Origin: an uncultured virus (IMG/VR IMGVR_UViG_3300032226_000438)
Taxonomy: Duplodnaviria; Heunggongvirae; Uroviricota; Caudoviricetes; Crassvirales
Reading direction: 5' to 3' (one strand)
Length of the DNA: 64,000 bases
IMG/VR virus record: IMGVR_UViG_3300032226_000438
The position numbers were made by a program, and so were the translations under genes. Under the pieces are notes generated by a model. It saw only the letters and a program-made list of their open reading frames with translations, was not told the DNA's origin and searched no databases. This document shows, in pieces, positions 37,047-48,200 of this stretch. Position 1 is the stretch's first letter. Every line of letters begins with the position of its first letter.

Positions 37047-38229
37047 ATGAATAAACCAGTAATTTTTAGATTTACTACACAAAAAGAAAAACATAATACG
37101 TATCTTTATTTCATTAATGATAAACAATTTCCATATTCAGTATATGCTACAGCGTATGAGATTATTATCGATATTCCTGAAGAACGTGTTACTAATTTTG
37201 TTAAAGAGATTAGAACAGTATTAAAAAACAATAAGATAAAGATTTACTATGACAATAGAGAAATCAGCAGAAATATGTATAAGATGTAATGGTGATGGAC
37301 ATACTATTAAGAATACTATTATCATTGATTGTAGATATTGTAATGGTGAAGGATTAATTAATACTATTAAATGTGTTAATTATGACTGCAACTTAGCTAA
37401 TACTTGTTACAGAATGATTTCTTACATAGATAAACATTGGCAAGCCTATTATCATTATGATAATAAAGATTGTAAACATTATATAAAAGCTACAGACGAT
37501 GATATTCAGAAAGCTATGCAAACTAATATTCTTAACTCAAGAGGAGAATTATCCAGACACAAGCTTGTGGTGCAATATGGAAAAAGTGAGAATAGAAGAG
37601 AACTATTTTACTGATGCTATTCCCTATGTACCATTTCTTATAGATGAATCTTCATTTATGGAAACAGAAGATGGAGTGAACTTTAAGATATTAGCTACAC
37701 ATGAAACAATAGGTTGGGTAAATCCAATAGATGAAGATTTTGATGCTACACTACTCACTCCATTTACTATAGAACATTATCAAGACATAATTCAGAACTC
37801 GCAATCAATTACAGAAATTGCTATGCGAATATTCACGAAAGACAACATTCATTTTTCACTAAAACCTTATTTACATGAGGGCAAAATGGTAATATTCCAA
37901 TGAGATTAATAGACTATTCAATATTCCACATGAAAGGGAAACCTTGTGTATTGTGGATTAACTACAAAGATGATAAAGACGAAGATATTCATATAGAAGT
38001 TAGTATGAATAAGATACTAGATTTACTAATAGATGCTAGAGAAGTTATTGATTATCAAGATGACCAATTAGTTATACTTCCAGATACTATGAATGTAAAA
38101 CTCAAAGTAGTTCATAAGTTACATAGTGGTAGAGTTATAACAGATATGACTACATTTTGGAATAGTTATATCTATAAAGACAAAGCTATTGAATTATATC
38201 TTAATACTTTAAATCATGAACGAGATTAA
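37047..38229 (+). CDS. Four small hypothetical ORFs (37047-37289; 37249-37614 Cys-rich CxxCxGxG; 37499-37903; 37900-38229)
   Basis: Tightly overlapping ORFs from the track. Confidence 0.5.
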
Positions 38230-38566
38230 ACAATATTATATGACTACAACAGCAAGAGCATTGCGTGATAATGCAACTAAATTGCGATATGATTTAATTC
38301 CAGCTAAAGCTAATGAAGAATATGCTAAAGTATGGACTGCAGGTGCTATTAAATATGAACCTAGAAACTGGGAAAAGGGTATGCCTTATACAGAAGTTAT
38401 AGCTTCAGCAATGAGACACTTAGAAGCTATTCGTCTTGGTGAAGATATAGACCCTGAAACTGGATTACTTCATGCTGCACATTTAATGTGTAATGCAGCT
38501 ATGTTAACTGAATTTCATTATACACATCCTGAATTTGATGACAGAGTTAAATATAAAACAAAATGA
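38216..38566 (+). CDS. dATP/dGTP diphosphohydrolase N-terminal domain (DUF5664-like)
   Basis: KLRYDLIP...GAIKY..RNWEKG...RHL...DPETGLLHAAH..CN. Confidence 0.8.
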   Translation: MNEIKQYYMTTTARALRDNATKLRYDLIPAKANEEYAKVWTAGAIKYEPRNWEKGMPYTEVIASAMRHLEAIRLGEDIDPETGLLHAAHLMCNAAMLTEFHYTHPEFDDRVKYKTK

Positions 38567-39891
38567 GCAAACAAACAGCAGTTGAATGGTTGCAAGAAAG
38601 ATTATTTCTTTCTTTATCAGATGAATTAAAATGTTTAAATGGATTTTTTGTTATTGCCAAAGAAATGGAAAAGCAGCAGATTATTGATGCTTTTGGTGTT
38701 GGTCGTCATGTTGAATCAACAAGACTAATTCATTATAATGATATGGCAGAACAATATTACAATGAAACTTATAAAAACGAAAACAATGTATAACACAGTT
38801 TTAGAAAGACAAGCTAATGATGTTAAAGATGAAGTTAAGTCTGTAATTGATGACTTAATTACAGAAATTAATGAACTAGAAGAAGCTAATGAAAAGTTGG
38901 AAGATACTATTGATGAGTTAGAAGATGTTATTATATTACTTAAAGCTCAAATTCATGAATTTGAAAATAAACTAGATAACTCATTATAATCATGAAAGAA
39001 CTTTATAGAAAGAAACAGAATGGTAGGTATGAAAAAGTCGTTGGATATACAGATACACTACCAGATGGTATTTGGTTAGTTCAAACTAAACCATCAAGTA
39101 CAAGAATTTCATCATTAATATGGAAAGTTGGTGAATTAAAGAGAGTTGCAGATGTAACTACTCATGCAGCACTACAATCTTATGATGATAACTTAACAAA
39201 TTACTTAATGAAACTTACAGATATTAATTCTGAAGAATACAAAGATGCTGTATTACAACTAGGTAGTTGGTTAAAAAACCCAATAGAGTTTAGTGGTATA
39301 TCACCAAATGATTTATCTATTTTAATTCTACGTCAGATAGCTATTAATATTGAACAAACTAATTCTTAAAAATTATGAAAACATTAAGAAGAGTATTAGT
39401 AATATTAGGTATAACACAAAAAATAAAAGATGAAAGAGGGTTTGAAAGATATCGTCTTAATCCTTATAATCCATTAAGTTACATAACTTTATTACTTGCA
39501 TTAGTAATTATGGGTATGTATGGTTTTATATCTGCTGTAGTTGAAATATTAGAAGATAATCCATTTAGATACCAATAGTATGATTGATGAAGATTTTGAT
39601 TACAAAACAATAAAAACATACCTAAACATGGGAAATGAAGAAAAGTATTTCTTACCTTTACATTGGAAGTTATTTAATCCTGAAACAACAGACTTAGATG
39701 AGTATTTTGTAGGGATTAAAAAGACTATTAATAATGTATTAGTAGTACATGAAGTTTTAGATAATCCTTACACTTGGATTCCTGATACTAAAGAATGGGT
39801 TTCAAATGATGGAGCAAGTTATAATCTTGGTGATGTTGTTTGTGTAGCTAAAAAATATCCTATTACATTTCCAAAAACATTTAGAGAATGA
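38563..39891 (+). CDS. Five small hypothetical ORFs (38563-38793 KQTAVEWL type; 38738-38989 coiled coil; 38992-39369; 39375-39578 TM; 39580-39891)
   Basis: ORF track, operon packing. Confidence 0.5.
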
Positions 39892-40355
39892 AAATAGCAT
39901 TGTCAATATTAATATTAGTACTCGGAAGATTACTACCACATCCATATAATTTCACTCCATTAATCGGATTGATATTGTATAATACTCAGCATGACTTTAT
40001 TAAGTCTTTGATGATTAGTATATTAGGAATGTTAATTAGTGATTATTTCATTAGTGGTACATTCACTTGGTATGTGTATCTAACAATAGTAATATTGACT
40101 ATTATAGCGAGATATACTGTTGTAGATAATACTGTACAGGTATTACTATTAAACAGTATATCTTTCTCTATAATATTCTTTCTTATTACTAACGCATTTT
40201 GTGCTTCATACTACAATAGTCTATTAGCATCATATATTGCAGGACTTCCATTTCTTAGAAATCAATTTCTAGGAGATATATTTTACACTATAATATTCTT
40301 TAAACTAAATGGAATCATTGATTACCTATTCCCAAAGAAAATCTATGTTGATTAG
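39888..40355 (+). CDS. Multi-pass membrane protein, DUF6580/ECF S-component-like
   Basis: RLLPHPYNFTP, LISD, FFLITN, Y.AGLPFLRN..LGD motifs; several TM helices. Confidence 0.7.
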   Translation: MKIALSILILVLGRLLPHPYNFTPLIGLILYNTQHDFIKSLMISILGMLISDYFISGTFTWYVYLTIVILTIIARYTVVDNTVQVLLLNSISFSIIFFLITNAFCASYYNSLLASYIAGLPFLRNQFLGDIFYTIIFFKLNGIIDYLFPKKIYVD

Positions 40356-41178
40356 AGATAATGGTAGGTCAGCAGATTTTATGGCTCCAGCATTTGGTTT
40401 CGGTTGTATGTACAACTGTAGTTACTGTACACTTAAAAGACATAAACCTACTGGATTAATGGTTGCTACTAATACATTTGATATACTTACAGCTATTAAT
40501 AATCATAGTATGTTTGCTACAGTTGATAAACCTAATCAAACACATGATAAGTATATATCTTACGACATAGCTTATAATGACGACTTACCACTCCATGCTA
40601 AATTCTATGACTGGAAATCTATATTTACATTCTTTAAGAATCATGATAAAGCTATGGGTACTTTTGCTACTAAGTATGTAAATAACAAACTGTTATCATT
40701 TAATCCTGAAAGAAAAGTTAGAATAAGATTTAGTCTTATGCCACAGAAGTACAGTTCTATACTAGAACCAAATACTTCAAGTATAAAAGATAGAATTACA
40801 GCTGTAAATAAGTTTATTGAAGCTGGTTATGATGTACATCTTAACTTTAGTCCTGTAATAGTTACTGATACATGGCTACATGATTATAAGATATTATTTA
40901 ATCAAGTTAACAAACTTATTAATGATGACTATAAGTCTAACATCTCTTGTGAAGTTATATTTCTTACACATAATAAACAGAAACATGAGTATAATGTAAA
41001 GAATAATATTGCAGGTGAAGATATGTTATGGAATCCTGAAGTACAAGAAGATAAGATTAGTCAGTCTGGAGACTTAAACATTAGATATAAAGTTAAGAAC
41101 AAAACTAAATGGATTAATCAATTTAAAGAACTACATAGTAGTATGATTGATTGGTGCGATATTCGTTACATATTTTAA
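40309..41178 (+). CDS. Spore photoproduct lyase-like radical SAM protein
   Basis: GCMYNCSYC (CxxxCxxC), FATKYVN, RIRFSLMP, NFSPVI. Confidence 0.8.
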   Translation: MESLITYSQRKSMLIRDNGRSADFMAPAFGFGCMYNCSYCTLKRHKPTGLMVATNTFDILTAINNHSMFATVDKPNQTHDKYISYDIAYNDDLPLHAKFYDWKSIFTFFKNHDKAMGTFATKYVNNKLLSFNPERKVRIRFSLMPQKYSSILEPNTSSIKDRITAVNKFIEAGYDVHLNFSPVIVTDTWLHDYKILFNQVNKLINDDYKSNISCEVIFLTHNKQKHEYNVKNNIAGEDMLWNPEVQEDKISQSGDLNIRYKVKNKTKWINQFKELHSSMIDWCDIRYIF

Positions 41179-41589
41179 AACAAATAAACATGCAAGGATT
41201 AAGTATTGACAAAGTTGCTGATTGTGTTAAACATGATTATCTAGGTACATGGAAACAAGGAAAAACTCAATATCAGTTTGTAATTCATGTAGTAACTAAT
41301 CGTGATGATAAACCTTATGTAGAATCATTAGAATGGTTAGAAGATGAACCAGATGATGTTGATGATGATGAAATTATTTACTATTTCGCTATAAATCATA
41401 AGTATGACATCTGAAGATAAAGCTAATAACATATTCTTAGAGTTTTATACACATCTTGTAGTCATGGATGAATTATTTGAAGTTGTAGTGATTAAAGAGT
41501 TAGCTATTAAAATGGCTATCGTTCATGTACATATTGTAAAAGATAGTGATTATCTTGATATTATAAAACACTTAAGAGCAATAGAATGA
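41151..41589 (+). CDS. Two small hypothetical ORFs (41151-41414, 41404-41589)
   Basis: ORF track. Confidence 0.45.
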
Positions 41590-42047
41590 AACATAAATTC
41601 TTTATTGATACAGCTGTAAGACTAGGTCAAGAATCTAAGTGTGTATCTAAGAAAGTAGGTGCTATCATTGTAAGAGATGGTAGAATAATATCTACTGGAT
41701 ATAATGGTACTATATCAGGTTATCATAATTGTAATGATGTATTTGATGGTGAAATCTTTGATAAAGATGAACATCATAGATGGTCATTATTACATGAAAT
41801 TCATGCTGAACAAAATGCACTAATGATGGCAGCTAAACATGGAATAGCAGTAAATAATTGTACTATGTACACATCATTACAACCATGTAATAACTGTTTA
41901 AAACTTATATTAGCATCTGGAATTAGACATGTTGTATTCTATGAGATGTATAATAAAAGTGATTACTCTAATGAAGTATTGGATATGATAAATCATTGTG
42001 ATTTAATCATTGAACAATATGAAGATATTTGCAGACCTCGGAGTTAA
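41586..42047 (+). CDS. dCMP deaminase
   Basis: VGAII..GYNG, HAEQNA, PCNNC. Confidence 0.9.
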   Translation: MKHKFFIDTAVRLGQESKCVSKKVGAIIVRDGRIISTGYNGTISGYHNCNDVFDGEIFDKDEHHRWSLLHEIHAEQNALMMAAKHGIAVNNCTMYTSLQPCNNCLKLILASGIRHVVFYEMYNKSDYSNEVLDMINHCDLIIEQYEDICRPRS

Positions 42048-42188
42048 GTGAAGTTCTTAATCAATTAAGCATTTCTTTCACACTTAACTGCGTCAGAGGA
42101 TGAATGGACAGCCTGGAAAGACAGGTACTTACCACCCGAAGGTTGAGCAATGCTGACACCGTGCGTTGATAAAGGGATGGAACGGTGT
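42036..42188 (+). ncRNA. GC-richer structured intergenic element
   Basis: GTTAAGTG/CACTTAAC, CCTG-GAAAGA-CAGG and ACACCGT/ACGGTGT stems. Confidence 0.45.
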
Positions 42189-42212
42189 AATTTTTAATCT
42201 TAAATAACTAAC

Positions 42213-42944
42213 ATGGAAAACACAGAAGAAAAACGAAATTCAATAGGATATTTATACAGAAATATAAAGAATTTATGTAAAATAGATGATTATAATGTAT
42301 TGAATATTATAATTGAAACAGCAACTGAAATGTATGAAGAAGAAATAAGTACTGCTTATTTAGAAGGTTTTAATGATGGTTCTCTTGGAGTTACAAAGAA
42401 TCAAGAAAAATATCTTAAATAATTATTAAAAACTAAAAAACATGAGTAGAAATTATGATGGAGACATCGAAGGTAGATTTTGGTTTGGATTACAAGGTTC
42501 TAATGCAGCCAATAGATTTGGTTATATAGGACATCCACCAGAATATCTTGAGTATTATTTTGATGAAGATAACTTAGAAGAATGTGAGAAAGAGATTAAA
42601 CTTATTGAAAGAAAGTTAGGGGATAAGTTAGAATTACTAGATGATTTCTATAATATTAATGTAGTAGATAAACCTGAACATAAAGCTATGGTGGAATTGA
42701 TAAGTGATGATTTAATGGCTGATTATGCTGACTTAGTATTAGGTAGAAAGATTAGAGATTGTATTAAACGTAAAGGTGACTGTTATTTTACAGCAGAATT
42801 TTAAAACAAAACAAAATGATGACTGAAAGAGAAAAAGAAAAACTAATTAAAGATGCTGCTAGTATCTTTGTAACTATTGGAGGATTAGTAACATTAATGT
42901 TTGCTATCTACTTTATTTATGACTTAATTAAAAAGTGGTATTAA
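42213..42944 (+). CDS. Three small ORFs (42213-42422; 42442-42804 RNYDGDIEGRFWFG type; 42816-42944 42-aa TM peptide)
   Basis: ORF track plus manual translation. Confidence 0.55.
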
Positions 42945-43585
42945 TGAAAGTAGAATTATTAGATACATTTGGCAATGATAACATGGTTTGCAATGTTGCA
43001 AGAGTAAGTTATAAAAAGATTGCTGCAATGTTTACACTTGAAGAAAATGATAAGTTAATTTACTATTTAGCTAAACACAAACATTGGTCTCCATTTGCAC
43101 ATCCTAAAGTACAGTTTAGATTAGAGATGCCGATTTACGTGGAGAGGCAAATAATTAAGACTGCCGTGGGAGTAGATTACAATTCAGTTTCTGGAAGATA
43201 TGTAGATTTTAGTGATACTTATACTACTATTGATACTTGGAGAAAACAAAGTACATCAAGTAAACAAGGTAGTGGTGAAGATTTAGATGAAAAAAGTAAC
43301 GCAGTAGCTAATTTTATCCAAAACGATGTAGTAGATTGTGCTAAAATAGCTTATCAAAAGTTAATTGAATTAGGAATAAGTAAAGAACAAGCAAGAACTA
43401 TTCTACCACTTAATCTTAATACTACTATGATATGGACTGGAAGTCTTTATGCACTAATAAGATTGTGTAATCAAAGACTAAAACCTAATGCACAGAAAGA
43501 AACTAGAGATGTAGTACAAGAGATGTTGCGACAAGTTAAAGAAACAAATTTATTTACAACCTCATTAACAGCTTATAACTTATGA
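42944..43585 (+). CDS. thyX: Flavin-dependent thymidylate synthase
   Basis: ARVSY, HWSPF, NSVSGRY, KEQARTILP, QRL...AQKE; RHR motif replaced by KTA. Confidence 0.85.
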   Translation: MKVELLDTFGNDNMVCNVARVSYKKIAAMFTLEENDKLIYYLAKHKHWSPFAHPKVQFRLEMPIYVERQIIKTAVGVDYNSVSGRYVDFSDTYTTIDTWRKQSTSSKQGSGEDLDEKSNAVANFIQNDVVDCAKIAYQKLIELGISKEQARTILPLNLNTTMIWTGSLYALIRLCNQRLKPNAQKETRDVVQEMLRQVKETNLFTTSLTAYNL

Positions 43586-44316
43586 GTATTTCACTAGACT
43601 CTTTAAGACAAAGAGTACCAGCTATTTTTACTAAAACTCCATCACCAAAAGTATCTAATAGATATTCATTTGCTGATTCAGAGTATTATTTACAGAAGTT
43701 TATTGATGCTGATTGGTTTATTCATTCAGCTAGACAAGTTAGTAAATCAGAGTATGCTCCACATCAAGTAATATTAAGAAATAAAGATATTGCTACTGTT
43801 GGAGATTTACTACCACAATTAATATTTACTAATTCACATAATGGTATTAAGAAAATGACTATGGATACTGGAATATACAGACTAGTATGTTCTAATGGAT
43901 TAGTTGTACCTACTAGCATTACTCAATCTTTATCTATTAAACATATAGATTTAGGTGATTCAACTACTGATACTATTGTTAATTCATTCTATGAGAAAAT
44001 TCCTATCATTATGAATAATATTGATAGAATGAGGAATAAAATACTAACTAATGATGAGATTGATAACTTTACTTACAATGCTCTACAAATTAGATTTATT
44101 AATGCTGTAGGTATTAATATAAATGATGTAGTTAAACCATTAAGACTTGAAGATAATTCTGATGATTTATGGACAGTATTTAATGTAGTACAAGAGAAAA
44201 TCATTAGAGGTGGTATTCAATTACCAAGTAAAAGACATAGCAGACCTATTAATAACTTTGTTAATGATAATGATATTAATACTAAGCTATGGCAATTAGC
44301 TGAACAATACATTTAA
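43582..44316 (+). CDS. DUF932 family protein
   Basis: SNRY, NSHNG, GIYRLVCSNGL, LWTVFNVVQE, LW.LA. Confidence 0.85.
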   Translation: MSISLDSLRQRVPAIFTKTPSPKVSNRYSFADSEYYLQKFIDADWFIHSARQVSKSEYAPHQVILRNKDIATVGDLLPQLIFTNSHNGIKKMTMDTGIYRLVCSNGLVVPTSITQSLSIKHIDLGDSTTDTIVNSFYEKIPIIMNNIDRMRNKILTNDEIDNFTYNALQIRFINAVGININDVVKPLRLEDNSDDLWTVFNVVQEKIIRGGIQLPSKRHSRPINNFVNDNDINTKLWQLAEQYI

Positions 44317-44318
44317 TC

Positions 44319-44842
44319 ATGAAGAAAAGAATAATGGTATATCTCAATGAGAATCAAGTAGAAGCTATTGAGAAAAACAATGATGAATTTCAACCTTATA
44401 GCAAGTTTATAATGGAATGTTATCTTACTAAAAGAAAATTTATAGTAAGTAGTAAAGTTAGAAAAAGAGCTAAAAAGAGGAAGATTTATGTTAGTATAGA
44501 TGAAGGTTTAGTTAATGTAATAACTACTGGAAGTCATATTGTTAACACTATATTCGATGAACAATGATAGGTGAAAAACTAAGTGGTGTATTGTATGAAA
44601 TAGAATCAGCTCTTTTAGAGTTTGAAGCTAATGTAGCTAGACCTCCAGAATATACTGATAAAGGATTTAGAGCAGCTATTAAGATATTTATGTCAGCTAT
44701 GCTAGATAAGATGTGGAAATTACAAGAAGATGAGAATATAGATATTGATGCTAGAGCTGATATGGCTGAAAAGCTAGGGAATGAACTACGTAACATTGTT
44801 AGAGTTTATACTAATATTGATACACATAACTTGTATAAGTAA
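44319..44842 (+). CDS. Two hypothetical ORFs (44319-44567 basic, possible RHH; 44564-44842)
   Basis: ORF track. Confidence 0.5.
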
Positions 44843-44861
44843 AAACTAAATCGTATATTTG
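44831..44861 (+). promoter_or_regulatory. Bacteroidota-type promoter
   Basis: TTG-N20-TATATTTG. Confidence 0.6.
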
Positions 44862-45211
44862 ATGAAAGATATTAACAAGTATTATAATATACTACGATGG
44901 TTGTATATAGCTAACTTTATCAGTTGGAATATATTGATTGCTGTAATTATTTATTTAAATAAATTTCACCAATGATTATAACAGGAAAAGTTAGATTAAA
45001 AACATTAGAGGAATCTAATAAAATACATACACTATTGTTTAGTTTAGGATATAAGTATCAAACAGAAACTCAAGAATATCCTAAGACTAAACCCTATGGT
45101 ATAGCATGGTTTACTGTTGGAGATGTACTTCTAATTAGAAAAACTAATATCAAGGATATATTCATACAATATTCATGCAATGAATCTAAATTTAATAAGC
45201 TATTTGAGTAA
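44862..45211 (+). CDS. 37-aa TM peptide (44862-44975) and 79-aa hypothetical protein (44972-45211)
   Basis: Manual translation MKDINKYYNILRWLYIANFISWNILIAVIIYLNKFHQ; ATGA coupling. Confidence 0.45.
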
Positions 45212-45237
45212 GTAATAAACAAGGGAGACTATTATCT

Positions 45238-45270
45238 GAGGGCTAACATTTTGTTAGTCCTCTTTTTTTT
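45238..45270 (+). terminator. Intrinsic terminator at the convergent junction
   Basis: GAGGGCTAACA-TTT-TGTTAGTCCTC plus T8. Confidence 0.8.
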
Positions 45271-48200
45271 AATATAGCCAACTCAGTTGCTTATTCTTTA
45301 AGAATTGATTACTTGATTCAGTATCTTGCGTTTGCATATAACCTTTAACTCCAGGAATTAAACTATACCAATACTTTTCTGCTCTAGTATAACCTTCCCA
45401 TTTACCTCTTTCTATTTCTTCAAAATTAATAGCATTACCTAAGTGCATTAATGTTTCCATCTGTCTAGCTGATACAATAGGGTCTGTTACAGCATATAGA
45501 ATTTCAAATGGATTGTAGAATGATGATACTTCAAGTAATACACGATTAGATAAATAAGCTAAGAATTGAGAACTTTCATCATCGTCATCATCTCCACCAT
45601 TAAATATAAATCCAGCTACAGCTATCATTGTACCAATAGATGCTAAGTCTAATAGTGTTCTATTTAATCCTAATTGTTGGTCTCTTGATAGTTTTTTATA
45701 ATTAGCACGAAGATTAGCTAATACTTTGAGTTTTTCTTTACTATATAAAAACTTACTCATTAAATCTAAAGTAGTTACCCAATAACCTTCATCGATTTCT
45801 CCAGTTTTAAAGTTTAATCCTCTAGCTTTCATTCTTCTAAATGCTCCATCAATCATCCAATTACGGTGCATTAATGCTGACATACCTACAATATTAGTAT
45901 GAGCCATAGCATAATCTTCTTTAGTTAATTTACCATCTAATTTCTTAGATAAATCTCTAACTTTATTAATTAGTAAATTTAGTTCAGAAGCTTTTAATCC
46001 TAATAATTCTAACTTACCATTTTTTACTACTATAGAATCATAAGCTGATGGTAAACTATCAAATGATATATTATTCTGTAAGTCTTTAAATGCTTGTTCA
46101 GTATATAACTTACCATCATAAAATCTATTATTATTAAGTATAGATATTAATGCTATACCATTTATATAATATGAACCAGCTTCATATCCAGCATAAGCTA
46201 CATTACTTACTGGTTTACGCATTAATATATGTTTATCTAAATCATTAAATGTAGCATCAGCACTTTCTGATAAACCAAAATAACGCATCATTAAATCTAA
46301 CTTATTAGTTTTAATAGTCTTACCAAACTCTTTTATTGTTTCAGTACTATATAATTTAGTAAATTCTTTTAATGCAAACTGAACAGATTTACCAGTTATA
46401 TGTTGACCTAATATAGTTTCTAATAATCCATTAATATTAGATGTAATTATATTAGCTAATTGAGTTATACCACCAAAAGCTAAATTAGTATGTGATATAA
46501 ATTTATTAAATTTAGCTACAACTTTATTTACATTTATTTTAAGATTTGTTCCAGGAATATCAATCTCTCTAACTTTTTCTTCTTTACCCATCATGTGTAC
46601 TTCAAGATGATTGGTAAGTCTTTCAAGACTATTTGATGATAACTTATTAGAAGTATTAGCATATTTAGTTTTCTTCATCTTCTGTGCTATCAATTCAAAT
46701 TGGTCTATTCTTTGCATCTTTTCTTTAAACTCATAAGCCATTTGTGCATAACCAATCATTGAGCCTAGAATATCAGTACTAATATGTTCAGGATTATTTA
46801 ATCTCTTAGTATATCTACTACCAATATAACTTACAATTCTATTATCTTCTTGAAAGTGACGCATTTCTTGGTCTGGTTCAAATTGAGTATCATCTGAAGT
46901 TCTAGTAAATGCTCGTTTAAGTTGTCCTCCTAAATTAGTTCCTATATTAGATAACTTACCATCATATAGACTATTTAGCATACTTTGATACATTTGAGGC
47001 ATTAACGTATTACTAGGTAAACCTACCATATCATCAAACTCTTTCTTGTATGTTTTTAATTCTGCTACAATTCTTTTTTGTTCAGCATTTAATCTACTAA
47101 AATCTTTATTCTTCCAAGCATTTGATGGTTGTATAAGTTCTCCTTTGTAATACATTACAATATTCTTAGAGTTTACTATAACATTTCTTTCATACCATAT
47201 ATTAAAATCATCTTTACTTAGTATTGTTTTATAATGGTCAATGATTTCATTAACATTATGTCTAGGTTGAGTATTATCATTATACCATTTACCTATTTCT
47301 TCAAGATAACTATCTATTATTTCAGACTTAGCATCATAGTGTTTAATTAAATCTTCAATCTTTTTAACATTCTCTTGTAATGCTTTTGATTTCTTAGTTA
47401 ATTTACCAGCATCTTCTAGTTCATCTTGTAATTCTTTAAGTTTTACTTTTAACTCTTTTTTATAATCATTATATACTTTAACACTATCAAATTCTTCACC
47501 TCTATCAAAAGCATCTTTAGGAAAATTATACTTATCATCTTTAGCTAATTCTTCTAATTTAGTTTTTCTAGCTATATTCCATTGACCCCAATGGTATTCA
47601 TCTATAAAATCTCCAGTAGTTTTACCATCATACTTTTCTGCTATAAATGACATATCTTTACCTATGTAAGACTTAAATTTATTCAAGAAAGTATTAGAAA
47701 AATCAATAGTTTTAATTCTTGCATTATTATAAATAAGATTAAATACTCCATCAACTAATCTACTCAATGTAGAATTAACCATTCCCATTGGACCAAACCA
47801 TACTTCAGCTGCATTAATATCTTTTTCTTGCTCATAGTCTTGTAATGTATTTTTAATACTTTGTGGAAGGTCTTTATAATCATAAGCTACTCCTGTTTCT
47901 TTTACAAGACTTTCAATAAGTTCTTGAGATTTTAATTTATCTAAATTTTCAACTTCATTATTAATAAATGTTAATCTACTATTTATGTTTGTTATATAAG
48001 TTGATATTGATAGTTTCTCTCCTTCAGTTAATCTTACATTATTACTTACAATATTATCTAATACAGTAGTAATATATGTATAGTTATGAACATAATCTCT
48101 AGCATCAGATAAAGCTCTTATAGATACTTGAGATATATCAAAACCATCTTTATAATAAGGATTACTAACAAACTGTTTTAATTCTTTTTCTTCTCCAGTA

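Noticed and set aside
38216..38566. 2-aminoadenine (Z) genome pathway
   Set aside because: No PurZ-like gene is seen in this window; a DUF5664-like gene alone is insufficient.
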